Shown one piece after another: positions 1-7,990 of a stretch of 64,000 nt of DNA (the first letter of the stretch is position 1; each line of letters starts with the position of its first letter). The stretch covers positions 4,939-68,938 of the forward strand of contig MHVH01000006.1 of assembly GCA_001825155.1 (NCBI GenBank), in the 5' to 3' direction. Origin of the DNA: Candidatus Zambryskibacteria bacterium RIFCSPHIGHO2_01_FULL_46_25 (GTDB taxonomy: Bacteria; Patescibacteriota; Minisyncoccia; Phycocordibacterales; Zambryskibacteraceae). The notes under the pieces were generated by a model. That model was not told the origin of the DNA and did no database searches. It saw only the letters and a program-made list of their open reading frames with translations. The translations under genes and the position numbers were made by a program.

Positions 1-6
1 GTCATC

Positions 7-354
7 TTGGGTAACATTATTTTCGCCATCCTTGTCCTTACGGCAGTTTTTGCCTTGGCCATATTCATCAACCGACCGCCAGAGAACGTGCGCGTCACAG
101 TAGACGAGACGGGCATTACCCGTGGCAGAGTCCGCTATCCGTACGAGAGCCTCAAATCTTTCTGGCTTGACGAGGACCACCCCTTCCCGAAGATTATCCT
201 CCAGTCGACGAAGCCATTGATGCCACTCATCGTCGTCCCGCTGGGGAAAGAAGTTGACGCTATTAAAGTAAACGATACTCTCTCCCGCTTCCTCACAGAG
301 GAATACCACTCTTTGCCCTTCGTAGAGAAAGTGCTAGAGTATTTGGGATTTTAA
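7..354 (+). CDS. hypothetical membrane protein (N-terminal TM helix)
   Basis: ORF track; hydrophobic N-terminus; no recognisable family. Confidence 0.35.
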   Translation: MGNIIFAILVLTAVFALAIFINRPPENVRVTVDETGITRGRVRYPYESLKSFWLDEDHPFPKIILQSTKPLMPLIVVPLGKEVDAIKVNDTLSRFLTEEYHSLPFVEKVLEYLGF

Positions 355-358
355 ATTA

Positions 359-430
359 GCTCTCGTAGTTAAATGGATATAATGCAAGCTTGCGGAGCTT
401 GCGTTCCAGGTTCGATTCCTGGCGAGGGCA
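359..430 (+). tRNA. tRNA-Arg, anticodon GCG by manual fold
   Basis: Cloverleaf by hand: acceptor GCTCTCG/CGAGGGC with one G-U pair; D-stem GTTA/TAAT; anticodon stem CAAGC/GCTTG with loop TTGCGGA; T-arm CCAGG-TTCGATT-CCTGG; no encoded CCA. Confidence 0.55.
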
Positions 431-694
431 CTAGGAAAGCTTCCTAACCAGTTTAGAAAGGCGGGATTTCTTGCGAGATGCGGTATTTTTGTTCAAAGTG
501 TGAGACTTGACCGCCTTGTCGAAAGCCTTCTGGAGAATAGGCATCAGGGCCTGGGCGGCTTTCTTGTCGCCGGCGAGAACCAGCTTCTTTAGAGACTTAA
601 CTACTTTGGAAACAGCGTCTTTTCTCCGCAGATTGAAGACGCGCTTTTTTAGAGACGCGCGATGGGCTTTCTTGGCTCCTCGTGTTATAGGCAT
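431..694 (-). CDS. rpsT: 30S ribosomal protein S20
   Basis: 87 aa, lysine/arginine/alanine-rich; matches the S20 pattern (AKKAHRASLKKR ... AAQALMP ... HTLNKNTASRKKSRL). Confidence 0.8.
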   Translation of the reverse strand: MPITRGAKKAHRASLKKRVFNLRRKDAVSKVVKSLKKLVLAGDKKAAQALMPILQKAFDKAVKSHTLNKNTASRKKSRLSKLVRKLS

Positions 695-720
695 TGGAGA
701 GATGCTACACTAGTTATTAT

Positions 721-1305
721 ATGATTTCAAGCCTTTCCGGCACGGTAAGATACAAGGACCTCCATAGCGTTGTGATAGACATCGGCGGGGTCGGATATAA
801 GGTGGCTGTGACCACGGATGTGGCTCTTGAGGCGCAACCAAGCTCCCCCATCTTCCTCTGGACACACCTGGCTGTCCGCGAGAATGCTCTCGACCTGTAT
901 GGTTTCCCGGATAAGGAAACCTTGGAAGTCTTCGAGCTTCTTATCACTATCCCCGGCATTGGACCGAAAACGGCTCTCGGCATCATGAACGTTGCCTCCC
1001 CCTCCATGCTCCGCCAGGCTGTGGCGAGCGGAGACACCACATACCTCACTCGCGTCTCTGGCATAGGCAAGAAGAACGCGGAGAAAATTGTGCTCGAACT
1101 CAGGGACAAGCTCAAAATAACCGAGACGGACGCTTCGACGGGCTCAGCGCAGGTAAGAGCAGAAGGAGATGCTCTCGAGGCCCTGGTCTCTCTAGGCTAC
1201 AGCGAGCGCGACGCGCGCGAAGCGTTGAAGAGAGTGCCTAAAGAAATTCAAGGGGCTGCGGAAAGAGTTAAGCACTCTCTTAAAATCCTAAGCACCAAAT
1301 CCTAA
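721..1305 (+). CDS. ruvA: Holliday junction DNA helicase RuvA
   Basis: GYKV and helix-hairpin-helix IPGIGPKTAL motifs; start set at the internal Met (MISSLSGTV) of ORF 694..1305; last 8 codons are encoded by the AAATCCTAA repeat. Confidence 0.85.
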   Translation: MISSLSGTVRYKDLHSVVIDIGGVGYKVAVTTDVALEAQPSSPIFLWTHLAVRENALDLYGFPDKETLEVFELLITIPGIGPKTALGIMNVASPSMLRQAVASGDTTYLTRVSGIGKKNAEKIVLELRDKLKITETDASTGSAQVRAEGDALEALVSLGYSERDAREALKRVPKEIQGAAERVKHSLKILSTKS

Positions 1306-1372
1306 ACTCTAAACAAATCCTAATGTTCAAAATTAAAAATTTAGGATTTAGAAATTAGGATTTAGGATTTTA
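1283..1372. repeat. cluster of AAATCCTAA units (minus orientation) followed by TTAGGATTT units (plus orientation), forming an imperfect long inverted repeat between ruvA and fpg
   Basis: Read directly: aaaatcctaagcaccaaatcctaaactctaaacaaatcctaa ... tttaggatttagaaattaggatttaggattt. Confidence 0.8.
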
Positions 1373-1377
1373 CTTTT

Positions 1378-2235
1378 ATGCCTGAATTACCAGAGGTCCA
1401 AACTACGGTAAACGGACTCAACAGAACCGTGCGCAATAGAAAAATCGTTGAAGTCTCAACGAGCTACAAAAGCGCTTATCATGCAGGCAAAGACAATATA
1501 AAAAACCCCGCATTTTTCAAAAAATTCAAAGAAATTGTCGAGGGCAGGAAAATTTTAAAAGCTGAGAGAAGGGCAAAGAATGTTCTCATTCATCTTTCGG
1601 GCGGACACACCATCATCGCCCACATGAAGATGACCGGACACTTCGTTTACGACAGGCCGAATTATCCATTTGTTCGTCTACAATTTAACCTTGACAATGC
1701 CAAGACCTTGGCATTGTCTGACATGCGCAAATTCGCCAAAGTTACGCTGGTAAATACTGCCGATGTGAATAAAAGCATGCATCTGGAACATCTCGGCCCG
1801 GAGCCACTCGAGAAAAATTTTCAATTTCCAAATTTCAATTTACAATTACACAAAAGGCCGAGGGCAAAAATAAAAACGGCCCTTATGGATCAAATTCTCA
1901 TCGCCGGAATCGGTAACATTTATTCCGACGAGATTCTCTGGAGAGCCGGGGTGCACCCCCTATCCGCCGTAAGCAAAATTCCCGCCAAAAATTTTAAACT
2001 CATGTTCGCTGCTATGAAAAAAGTTTTAAAAGAGGGCATAGATTTCGGCGGGGACTCGATGTCTGACTACCGGAATATCAAGGGCGAGAAAGGGAAATTC
2101 CAAGAACGCCACCGCGCTTACCGTCGCACAGGCAAGGCCTGTGGAAAAAAGGGTTGTAAGGGTGTGATAAAAAGAATTGTCGTCGGCGCCAGGAGCGCCC
2201 ACTTCTGCCCCATTCATCAGAAATTATATAAATGA
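1378..2235 (+). CDS. mutM: formamidopyrimidine-DNA glycosylase (Fpg/Nei family)
   Basis: N-terminal MPELPEV catalytic motif; C-terminal zinc finger CGKKGCKG...CPIHQ. Confidence 0.85.
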   Translation: MPELPEVQTTVNGLNRTVRNRKIVEVSTSYKSAYHAGKDNIKNPAFFKKFKEIVEGRKILKAERRAKNVLIHLSGGHTIIAHMKMTGHFVYDRPNYPFVRLQFNLDNAKTLALSDMRKFAKVTLVNTADVNKSMHLEHLGPEPLEKNFQFPNFNLQLHKRPRAKIKTALMDQILIAGIGNIYSDEILWRAGVHPLSAVSKIPAKNFKLMFAAMKKVLKEGIDFGGDSMSDYRNIKGEKGKFQERHRAYRRTGKACGKKGCKGVIKRIVVGARSAHFCPIHQKLYK

Positions 2236-2717
2236 AAACCTGCATCCTGATTTTAGAAAATCTGCGAAGCGTTGAGAATACAGCCTCGATTTTCCGCACT
2301 GCGGAGGGACTTGGTGTATCGAAAATAATTCTAGTCGGCACAACACCTGCGCCGATAGACAGGTTCGGTCGGAAGCGCGCCGATTTTGCCAAAGTTTCTT
2401 TGGGTTCCGAAGATATGATTGAGTGGAGTTATGTTGGGCAGGAAAATTTTCAATTAACAATTTCCAATTTGCAAAAGGAGGGATTCAAAATTATTGCGTT
2501 AGAACAGGATAGGAATTCAAATCCTTTGCAAGCTGTAAGCTCTAAGCTACAAGCTTTTGCCTTGATTGTCGGAAGCGAGGTAGAGGGGGTATCAAGGGGC
2601 ACCCTTGACATGTGCGACGAGATTCTAGAAATTCCAATGCGTGGCAAGAAAGAGTCTCTGAATGTCTCCGTCTCCACAGGCATCGCGCTCTATATGTTAT
2701 TATTGAATCATGCTTAA
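2232..2717 (+). CDS. TrmH/SpoU-family RNA 2'-O-methyltransferase
   Basis: SpoU-type motifs (ENLRSVEN, LIVGSEVEGVS, EIPMRG...SLNVSVSTGIALY). Confidence 0.7.
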   Translation: MKTCILILENLRSVENTASIFRTAEGLGVSKIILVGTTPAPIDRFGRKRADFAKVSLGSEDMIEWSYVGQENFQLTISNLQKEGFKIIALEQDRNSNPLQAVSSKLQAFALIVGSEVEGVSRGTLDMCDEILEIPMRGKKESLNVSVSTGIALYMLLLNHA

Positions 2718-3114
2718 TCCATTCCCGGACCTACTCTCGTATTCCCTCTTGGCGCCGCTTATCTTGCGCCTGGTAATCGGCATCATCTTCATCGACCTTG
2801 GGCTACTCAAGTTCCGTTCGGAGAAAGAGAGATGGCTTGCCTCCTTTGAGGCTCTCCAGCTACGTCCTGCGGACTTCTTCGTATATCTCTACGGTTTCTT
2901 ACAGGTTGCGGGCGGCATCTTGCTCCTTATCGGTCTGTGGACACAAGTAGCGGCGCTCGCCTTCGTCATCTTTACCGGTATAGAACTATATATAGAATGG
3001 TCGGCGCGCGAGGTGCTCAAGCGCGACATCGTCTTCTACCTTCTCATCTTTGCCATTTCCCTGTCACTTCTCTTCACGGGCGCCGGCGCCTACGCCTTCG
3101 ACATTCCGCTTTAA
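2710..3114 (+). CDS. DoxX-family membrane protein
   Basis: 134 aa with four predicted TM helices, DoxX-like pattern. Confidence 0.5.
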   Translation: MLNPFPDLLSYSLLAPLILRLVIGIIFIDLGLLKFRSEKERWLASFEALQLRPADFFVYLYGFLQVAGGILLLIGLWTQVAALAFVIFTGIELYIEWSAREVLKRDIVFYLLIFAISLSLLFTGAGAYAFDIPL

Positions 3115-3138
3115 TTCTTGTATAGTTTTCTTGTTTTC

Positions 3139-3209
3139 GCCCCCATAGCTTAGTGGTAAAGCAGTTGCCTTTTAAGCAATTGACCTAGGTCCGATTCCTA
3201 GTGGGGGCA
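3139..3209 (+). tRNA. tRNA-Lys, anticodon TTT
   Basis: Acceptor GCCCCCA/TGGGGGC; anticodon stem GTTGC/GCAAT with loop CTTTTAA; T-arm CTAGG-TCCGATT-CCTAG. Confidence 0.7.
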
Positions 3210-3227
3210 CATAAATAAAGACGCACT

Positions 3228-3896
3228 ATGAAAATCATCGAGGAACATCGTTTGGCTCTCACTGTATTTGTAGTATATGTGATTGGTTTCTTTTCTTGGA
3301 ATCATTACCTGGGTAGATTTGGGTTTTTTGAATATGAACTTATACAAACTCGCTTTTTTTCTGCAGGTTTTATGTCAGTAACAATACTCTCTCTGATTGT
3401 TTTGGTTGTATGGCGATTATTAAAGACTGTCAATTATGAAAAAAGGTTGTGGAAAATTTTTCTTAATCTACCAATTTTGTATCAAATTTCCATATTGATT
3501 TTTATTCTCTGTACATGGACTCTGTATTTTTCCACTTCCGTCTTTCCTCTTCTTCCCCAACATTGGGGCGGAGCAAGACCCCAAATTGTAAGTATAATAG
3601 CGAGTTCTTCTACAATCGATTATTTGCGAGTAATGAACATACTTCCTGTAAATGCTGGGGCTGGCAAGAACCCAATTGAATCAGAAAAGATTTGTCTCTT
3701 ATATCAAAACAAGGAATTTTTGTTACTAGGTCATAGTAATGTGGAGATTAATCAAGAAGCTACCCTAGCAACAACTTCACCTAACCGAGTTTTAATCTTA
3801 AAACGCGAGCAGATAGAGGCATTGAGTGTTCTTCCTCTTGTAAACACCATTTGGGCAAGACAGCTTGGGTGTTCATTAATTGAACTGTATAAATAA
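3228..3896 (+). CDS. hypothetical polytopic membrane protein, AT-rich
   Basis: ORF track; several hydrophobic segments; markedly AT-richer than neighbours; immediately downstream of tRNA-Lys. Confidence 0.4.
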   Translation: MKIIEEHRLALTVFVVYVIGFFSWNHYLGRFGFFEYELIQTRFFSAGFMSVTILSLIVLVVWRLLKTVNYEKRLWKIFLNLPILYQISILIFILCTWTLYFSTSVFPLLPQHWGGARPQIVSIIASSSTIDYLRVMNILPVNAGAGKNPIESEKICLLYQNKEFLLLGHSNVEINQEATLATTSPNRVLILKREQIEALSVLPLVNTIWARQLGCSLIELYK

Positions 3897-3897
3897 C

Positions 3898-4701
3898 ATG
3901 ACAATAATTCTGGATGGAAAGAAATTAAGCGGGAAGATTGCAAGTAATCTCGAAGGAAAAATCTCAAAGCTCAGAAAGAAGCCCAAACTTGTCATTGTCC
4001 AAGTCGGCAGCACCGAAGAATCGAATAGATATATAAGAAGGAAGATTATTTTCGGAGAGAGAATCGGTGCGGAGGTCGCACACAGGAAATACCCAACGGG
4101 AATTACGGAAAAGAAGCTTATCTCCGAAATCGGGCTTCTGAATTCAGATAGAAAAATACACGGCATCATCGTCCAGCTTCCTCTCCCCTCGCATCTTGAT
4201 CAGGGAAGGATTATAGGCGCTCTGGACCCGGTCAAAGACGTTGACGGATTCCACGGGCTCTTCACTCCGGCCACAGCCAAGGGCGTCATAGTCATGCTCG
4301 ACAACTACAAAGTAGAGATTGCGGGGAAGAAGGCGGTGGTGGTGGGCAAATCCGAACTCGTCGGCAAGCCCATAGCGCTCGCACTCCTTCGCAGTGGGGC
4401 CACCGTTACCGTCTGCCACAAGCAAACCAAGAATTTAAAGCGAGAGACGATACAGGCGGATATCCTTGTCGTAGCCGCCGGACATCCGAAACTCATTACC
4501 AAGAGCCATGTAAAGAAAGGCGCCGTGGTGATAGACGTAGGCATAAACGTGCTGAAAAACGGGAAATTGTCCGGCGACGTCGATTTCAAGAAAGTCTCCA
4601 AAATCGTGAGGGCTATCTCCCCCGTCCCCGGCGGCATCGGCCCCATGACGGTCGCATCGCTTTTCGAGAACCTGCTCGAAGCATATTGTTTACAAACCTA
4701 G
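3898..4701 (+). CDS. folD: bifunctional methylenetetrahydrofolate dehydrogenase/cyclohydrolase FolD
   Basis: Start at MTIILDGKKL; NAD(P) fold GKSELVGKPIALALL; HPKLIT...VIDVGIN...GDVDF motifs. Confidence 0.85.
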   Translation: MTIILDGKKLSGKIASNLEGKISKLRKKPKLVIVQVGSTEESNRYIRRKIIFGERIGAEVAHRKYPTGITEKKLISEIGLLNSDRKIHGIIVQLPLPSHLDQGRIIGALDPVKDVDGFHGLFTPATAKGVIVMLDNYKVEIAGKKAVVVGKSELVGKPIALALLRSGATVTVCHKQTKNLKRETIQADILVVAAGHPKLITKSHVKKGAVVIDVGINVLKNGKLSGDVDFKKVSKIVRAISPVPGGIGPMTVASLFENLLEAYCLQT

Positions 4702-5157
4702 AAGAGTTTTCTCGATGAAAGTTTCCGTCTCTTCTTCCCCTCTTCTTACCCGGTGGTAACCCTTGACCAAGTTTTCGGACAAGAGTTCCAGTTCTCCGGG
4801 TTTGAAATTTTTAATAAAACTTTTTGCCTTGCTGTACGGATATGGCTTCATCTCCGCTTCTTCGGCAGTCTTGGTGCGACTGGCGAGAAGCATAGTCTTG
4901 ACCTGCCAGAAAACTTTGTAGAAAACTTCTTCCGCTACCATCCCGGAAGCAAGCGCCTTTCGATAAATCACCCAGGCTTCTCTCTTATTTCGCCTGCCGA
5001 TGGCATCGGTCAAAGCAAATATATTGAATTCTCCCCGGCTCTTTAAGGCAAGGCCTTGGGAATCATCCTTAAGGCCTTGCCTTTCCCCGCCGAAAAGATC
5101 TTCCGAAGCGACTGTTTCCCCGAATAAGTTTTTCATATCTTTTCCATTTCTCCCCAA
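4690..5157 (-). CDS. DNA polymerase III delta-subunit (HolA) C-terminal domain-like protein; truncated, possible gene remnant
   Basis: FNIFALTDAIGRRNKREAWVIYRKALASGMVAEEVFYKVFWQVKTMLLA matches the HolA domain-III pattern; only 155 aa; overlaps polA stop and folD stop. Confidence 0.4.
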   Translation of the reverse strand: MGRNGKDMKNLFGETVASEDLFGGERQGLKDDSQGLALKSRGEFNIFALTDAIGRRNKREAWVIYRKALASGMVAEEVFYKVFWQVKTMLLASRTKTAEEAEMKPYPYSKAKSFIKNFKPGELELLSENLVKGYHRVRRGEEETETFIEKTLLGL

Positions 5158-7505
5158 TTTTTACCCGAATGCGCTTCGGCTACGATAGGCACACCTCGAC
5201 TTACGCTCGGGGCAAGCACCCCTTCCATGATTTTTTTGAAATTCTTGGCCACCTCATCCGCCAGCTCTTCGGAAACTTCGAAAACCAGTTCATCGTGTAC
5301 CTGGAGTACCAGGCGAACCTTGCCAGCCTCCCCGTTCTTCCTTATGTAATCATCAACTTTTTTCATAGCAATCTTGATGATGTCGGCTTGCGTGCCCTGG
5401 ATAGGAGCATTTACCGCCATGCGCTCAGCTTGCGCTCTGACATAAGGCAGAGGAGATTTGAACCCGGAGAAATATCGGCGCCGACCGAACATTGTCTCCG
5501 TATAGCCTCTGCGCGCCGTCTCGGCCTTAATCTTGTCAATATAAGCCGCAAGCCCGGCAAAGGTGCCGAAGTATTGATTGTAAAATTCCTGAGCCTCCTT
5601 CCTGTCAGTGCCGAGATTTTTCTGCAGGGCAGTAACACCCATGCCGTAGAGAATGCCGAAATTAATGGTCTTCGCTTTGACCCTCATCCCCTTGTCTACT
5701 TTATCGGCCGGCACCTTGAAAACCCGCGAAGCAACGCCGGCATGCACATCTTCGCCTCGTTTGAAAATATCAATAAGTTTCTTATCCCCCGAGAGAATGG
5801 CCGCCAGACGCAGTTCGATCTGGGAATAGTCGAGGGAGACGAGCTTATGCCCGTCTTCCGCTACAAAAGCGTTTCTGATAGCGCGACCGAGCTCTGTCTT
5901 GTTCGGAATGTTCTGGAGATTTGGGTTATTCGAAGCCATGCGTCCCGTTACCGCTCCATTCTGGAGGAAGGTGGAGTGCAGGCGGGAATCCCTGTCCAAG
6001 AGGGGCGGTATGGCGTCGATATAGGTCGAGAGAAGCTTCGAAAGTTCGCGGTAGTCGAGAATCAGGGCGATTATGCGGTGTTTGTCCCGCAACTTTTCAA
6101 GCTCTGACTCTCTTGTCGAGAGGGCGCCCCCGGGAGTTTTCTTCTGCCTCTTATCGGCGAGGCCCAGCTTCTCGAACAGCACGCTACCAAGCACTTTGGG
6201 AGAATTAATATTGAATTCTTCTCCCGCCTCCCGCCAAATTTCTTTCTCCAGGCGGGAAAGTTCTTTGTGATACGCGGCGGACAAGCCGGACAAAATTTTC
6301 TTATCGACCTTGATGCCCGTTTCATTCATCTTCTCAACAATAGTCATGAGAGGTTTTTCTATCTCTTCGAAAACAAATCTTACTTTTCTCTTATCAAGCT
6401 CCTGCTCAATAACCTTCCTCGCCTCTTTAATATCCTTCGCTTTGGTAAAATTCATCACATCTTCGACGGTTGGCGCAGTAATGTTCGAATCAATTACCCA
6501 CAGAGCAAGCGCCAACTCTTTCTCCTCTTCATTATTAACCCCCTCCGGTTTCACCACCTCCCCCTTGACAGGGGGAGGGTCGGATGCGGCTATCAATTTT
6601 TTCACTCTCTCGCTCAAGGTGCGGAAACCAAGCTCTTTGAAAAGTTCGAGAATATTTTCGAGTTTGAAATTTTCTCTCCACTCGGCAGGCAATTTGAAAT
6701 TAATCGGCGCGTCTGTGCGAATAGTCGCGAGTGTTTTCGAAAAGAGCGCCTCTTCTTCGTTCTCCTGCAGAAGGTTCTTTACGCGCTCAGTAATTGCCGC
6801 CTTCTTCCAATCATCATTCTTTTTCTTCAGCACTTTGTAAATTTCTTCTATCGTGCCAAATGATTGGATAAGGGATGTAGCTGTTTTCTCTCCGATTCCT
6901 TTAACACCAATAATGTTGTCCGACGGGTCACCGCGCAAACCCTTGTAGTCTATGAGCTTGTCGGGGGCGAAGCCGAATCTCTCAACCACCCTATCTTCAT
7001 CATAAATAATGGTGTCGTTGAGCCCTTTTTTAAGCGTATAGACCCGCACCTTCTTGCCACTCACGAGTTGCATGGTGTCCATGTCCCCAGAGGCGATAAT
7101 AATTTCAAGATTTAGGATTTGGGATTTAGGATTTAGGATTTCATGCACTATGGTGCCAATGATATCGTCCGCTTCGAAGCCTGGGCAAGAATAAATCGGA
7201 ATGCCAAAAACTTTAAAAATATCTTTCGCTCGCTCAAGCTGGAGCTCCAAGTTGGCATCGTTTTCCTTCCGTCCAGCCTTGTAACTCTCCGCTGCCTCGT
7301 GGCGGAAGGTCGGACCATGGAGGTCGAAGGCCGCCACAATATAATCGGGTTTCAAATCGTTAACAATTTTTATAAGCATGGCAACAAGACCATAGAGAGC
7401 ACCAGTTGGCTCGCCGGTGGAAGAAGCGGTGAAGTCCGGCAGCGCGTGATAAGCACGGTGAATAATGGCGTGCGAATCAAGTAAAATTAATTTCTTAGCT
7501 TTCAT
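5133..7505 (-). CDS. polA: DNA polymerase I (5'-3' exonuclease plus polymerase domains)
   Basis: N-terminal 5'-3' exonuclease motifs (LLDSHAIIHRAYHALP, GFEADD); polymerase motifs DYSQIELR and QVHDELVFE; contains an in-frame TTTAGGATTT repeat at 7108-7142. Confidence 0.9.
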   Translation of the reverse strand: MKAKKLILLDSHAIIHRAYHALPDFTASSTGEPTGALYGLVAMLIKIVNDLKPDYIVAAFDLHGPTFRHEAAESYKAGRKENDANLELQLERAKDIFKVFGIPIYSCPGFEADDIIGTIVHEILNPKSQILNLEIIIASGDMDTMQLVSGKKVRVYTLKKGLNDTIIYDEDRVVERFGFAPDKLIDYKGLRGDPSDNIIGVKGIGEKTATSLIQSFGTIEEIYKVLKKKNDDWKKAAITERVKNLLQENEEEALFSKTLATIRTDAPINFKLPAEWRENFKLENILELFKELGFRTLSERVKKLIAASDPPPVKGEVVKPEGVNNEEEKELALALWVIDSNITAPTVEDVMNFTKAKDIKEARKVIEQELDKRKVRFVFEEIEKPLMTIVEKMNETGIKVDKKILSGLSAAYHKELSRLEKEIWREAGEEFNINSPKVLGSVLFEKLGLADKRQKKTPGGALSTRESELEKLRDKHRIIALILDYRELSKLLSTYIDAIPPLLDRDSRLHSTFLQNGAVTGRMASNNPNLQNIPNKTELGRAIRNAFVAEDGHKLVSLDYSQIELRLAAILSGDKKLIDIFKRGEDVHAGVASRVFKVPADKVDKGMRVKAKTINFGILYGMGVTALQKNLGTDRKEAQEFYNQYFGTFAGLAAYIDKIKAETARRGYTETMFGRRRYFSGFKSPLPYVRAQAERMAVNAPIQGTQADIIKIAMKKVDDYIRKNGEAGKVRLVLQVHDELVFEVSEELADEVAKNFKKIMEGVLAPSVSRGVPIVAEAHSGKNWGEMEKI
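7108..7142. repeat. tandem TTTAGGATTT units embedded in-frame in polA (translated ILNPKSQILNLEI)
   Basis: agatttaggatttgggatttaggatttaggattt read directly. Confidence 0.85.
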
Positions 7506-7932
7506 GGATTTCTATTTCTCTGGCACCTTCGTCGATAAATTTAAACGCAATTTTCCGTGCCGAGATAGGAATGGCGCCGGGCACATTCTCCGGCCATTCG
7601 ATAAAGACCAGATTTTCCGGCTCGCTTACTATTTCCTCCCAGCCCAAATGCAGAAGCTCCGAATCCCGCTCCAATCTATACGCGTCGACATGGATGAAAT
7701 TCTTGAATCCCTTAAAATCAATCTCATATATTTTCATTATGACGAATGTGGGGCTATGCATGTTCTCCACTACTCCCATAATTTTCCCCGCCTCTTGCGT
7801 AAAGGCGGTCTTGCCCGCGCCCAAATCGCCCTGCAGGGCGACCACGGTCGCCTTGCCACCCAGACTTATGGATTCGAGGAAATCCTTGGCGATTCCAGCA
7901 GTTTCCCCAAGGTTTTTGGAGAGGTATTTCAT
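7495..7932 (-). CDS. tsaE: tRNA threonylcarbamoyladenosine biosynthesis protein TsaE
   Basis: P-loop LQGDLGAGKTAFTQ; ~145 aa YjeE family. Confidence 0.8.
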   Translation of the reverse strand: MKYLSKNLGETAGIAKDFLESISLGGKATVVALQGDLGAGKTAFTQEAGKIMGVVENMHSPTFVIMKIYEIDFKGFKNFIHVDAYRLERDSELLHLGWEEIVSEPENLVFIEWPENVPGAIPISARKIAFKFIDEGAREIEIHES

Positions 7933-7990
7933 GAGGGCATTCTATCATTTCGTGGGCAAAAATGGACCTTTCGGGTTACAATGGAGCGGT

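Noticed and set aside
5169-7484. Several long plus-strand ORFs (5169..6107, 6267..6863, 6310..6840, 7143..7484) antisense to polA
   Set aside because: Fully contained within the well-supported polA reading frame on the opposite strand, and no family resemblance was found. Treated as chance antisense ORFs.
7571-7990. N-terminal 140-aa extension of the pilB ORF (ORF called from 7571)
   Set aside because: This part overlaps tsaE on the opposite strand and has no PilB-like sequence. The GspE N-terminal domain starts at MVTFDEE (7991).
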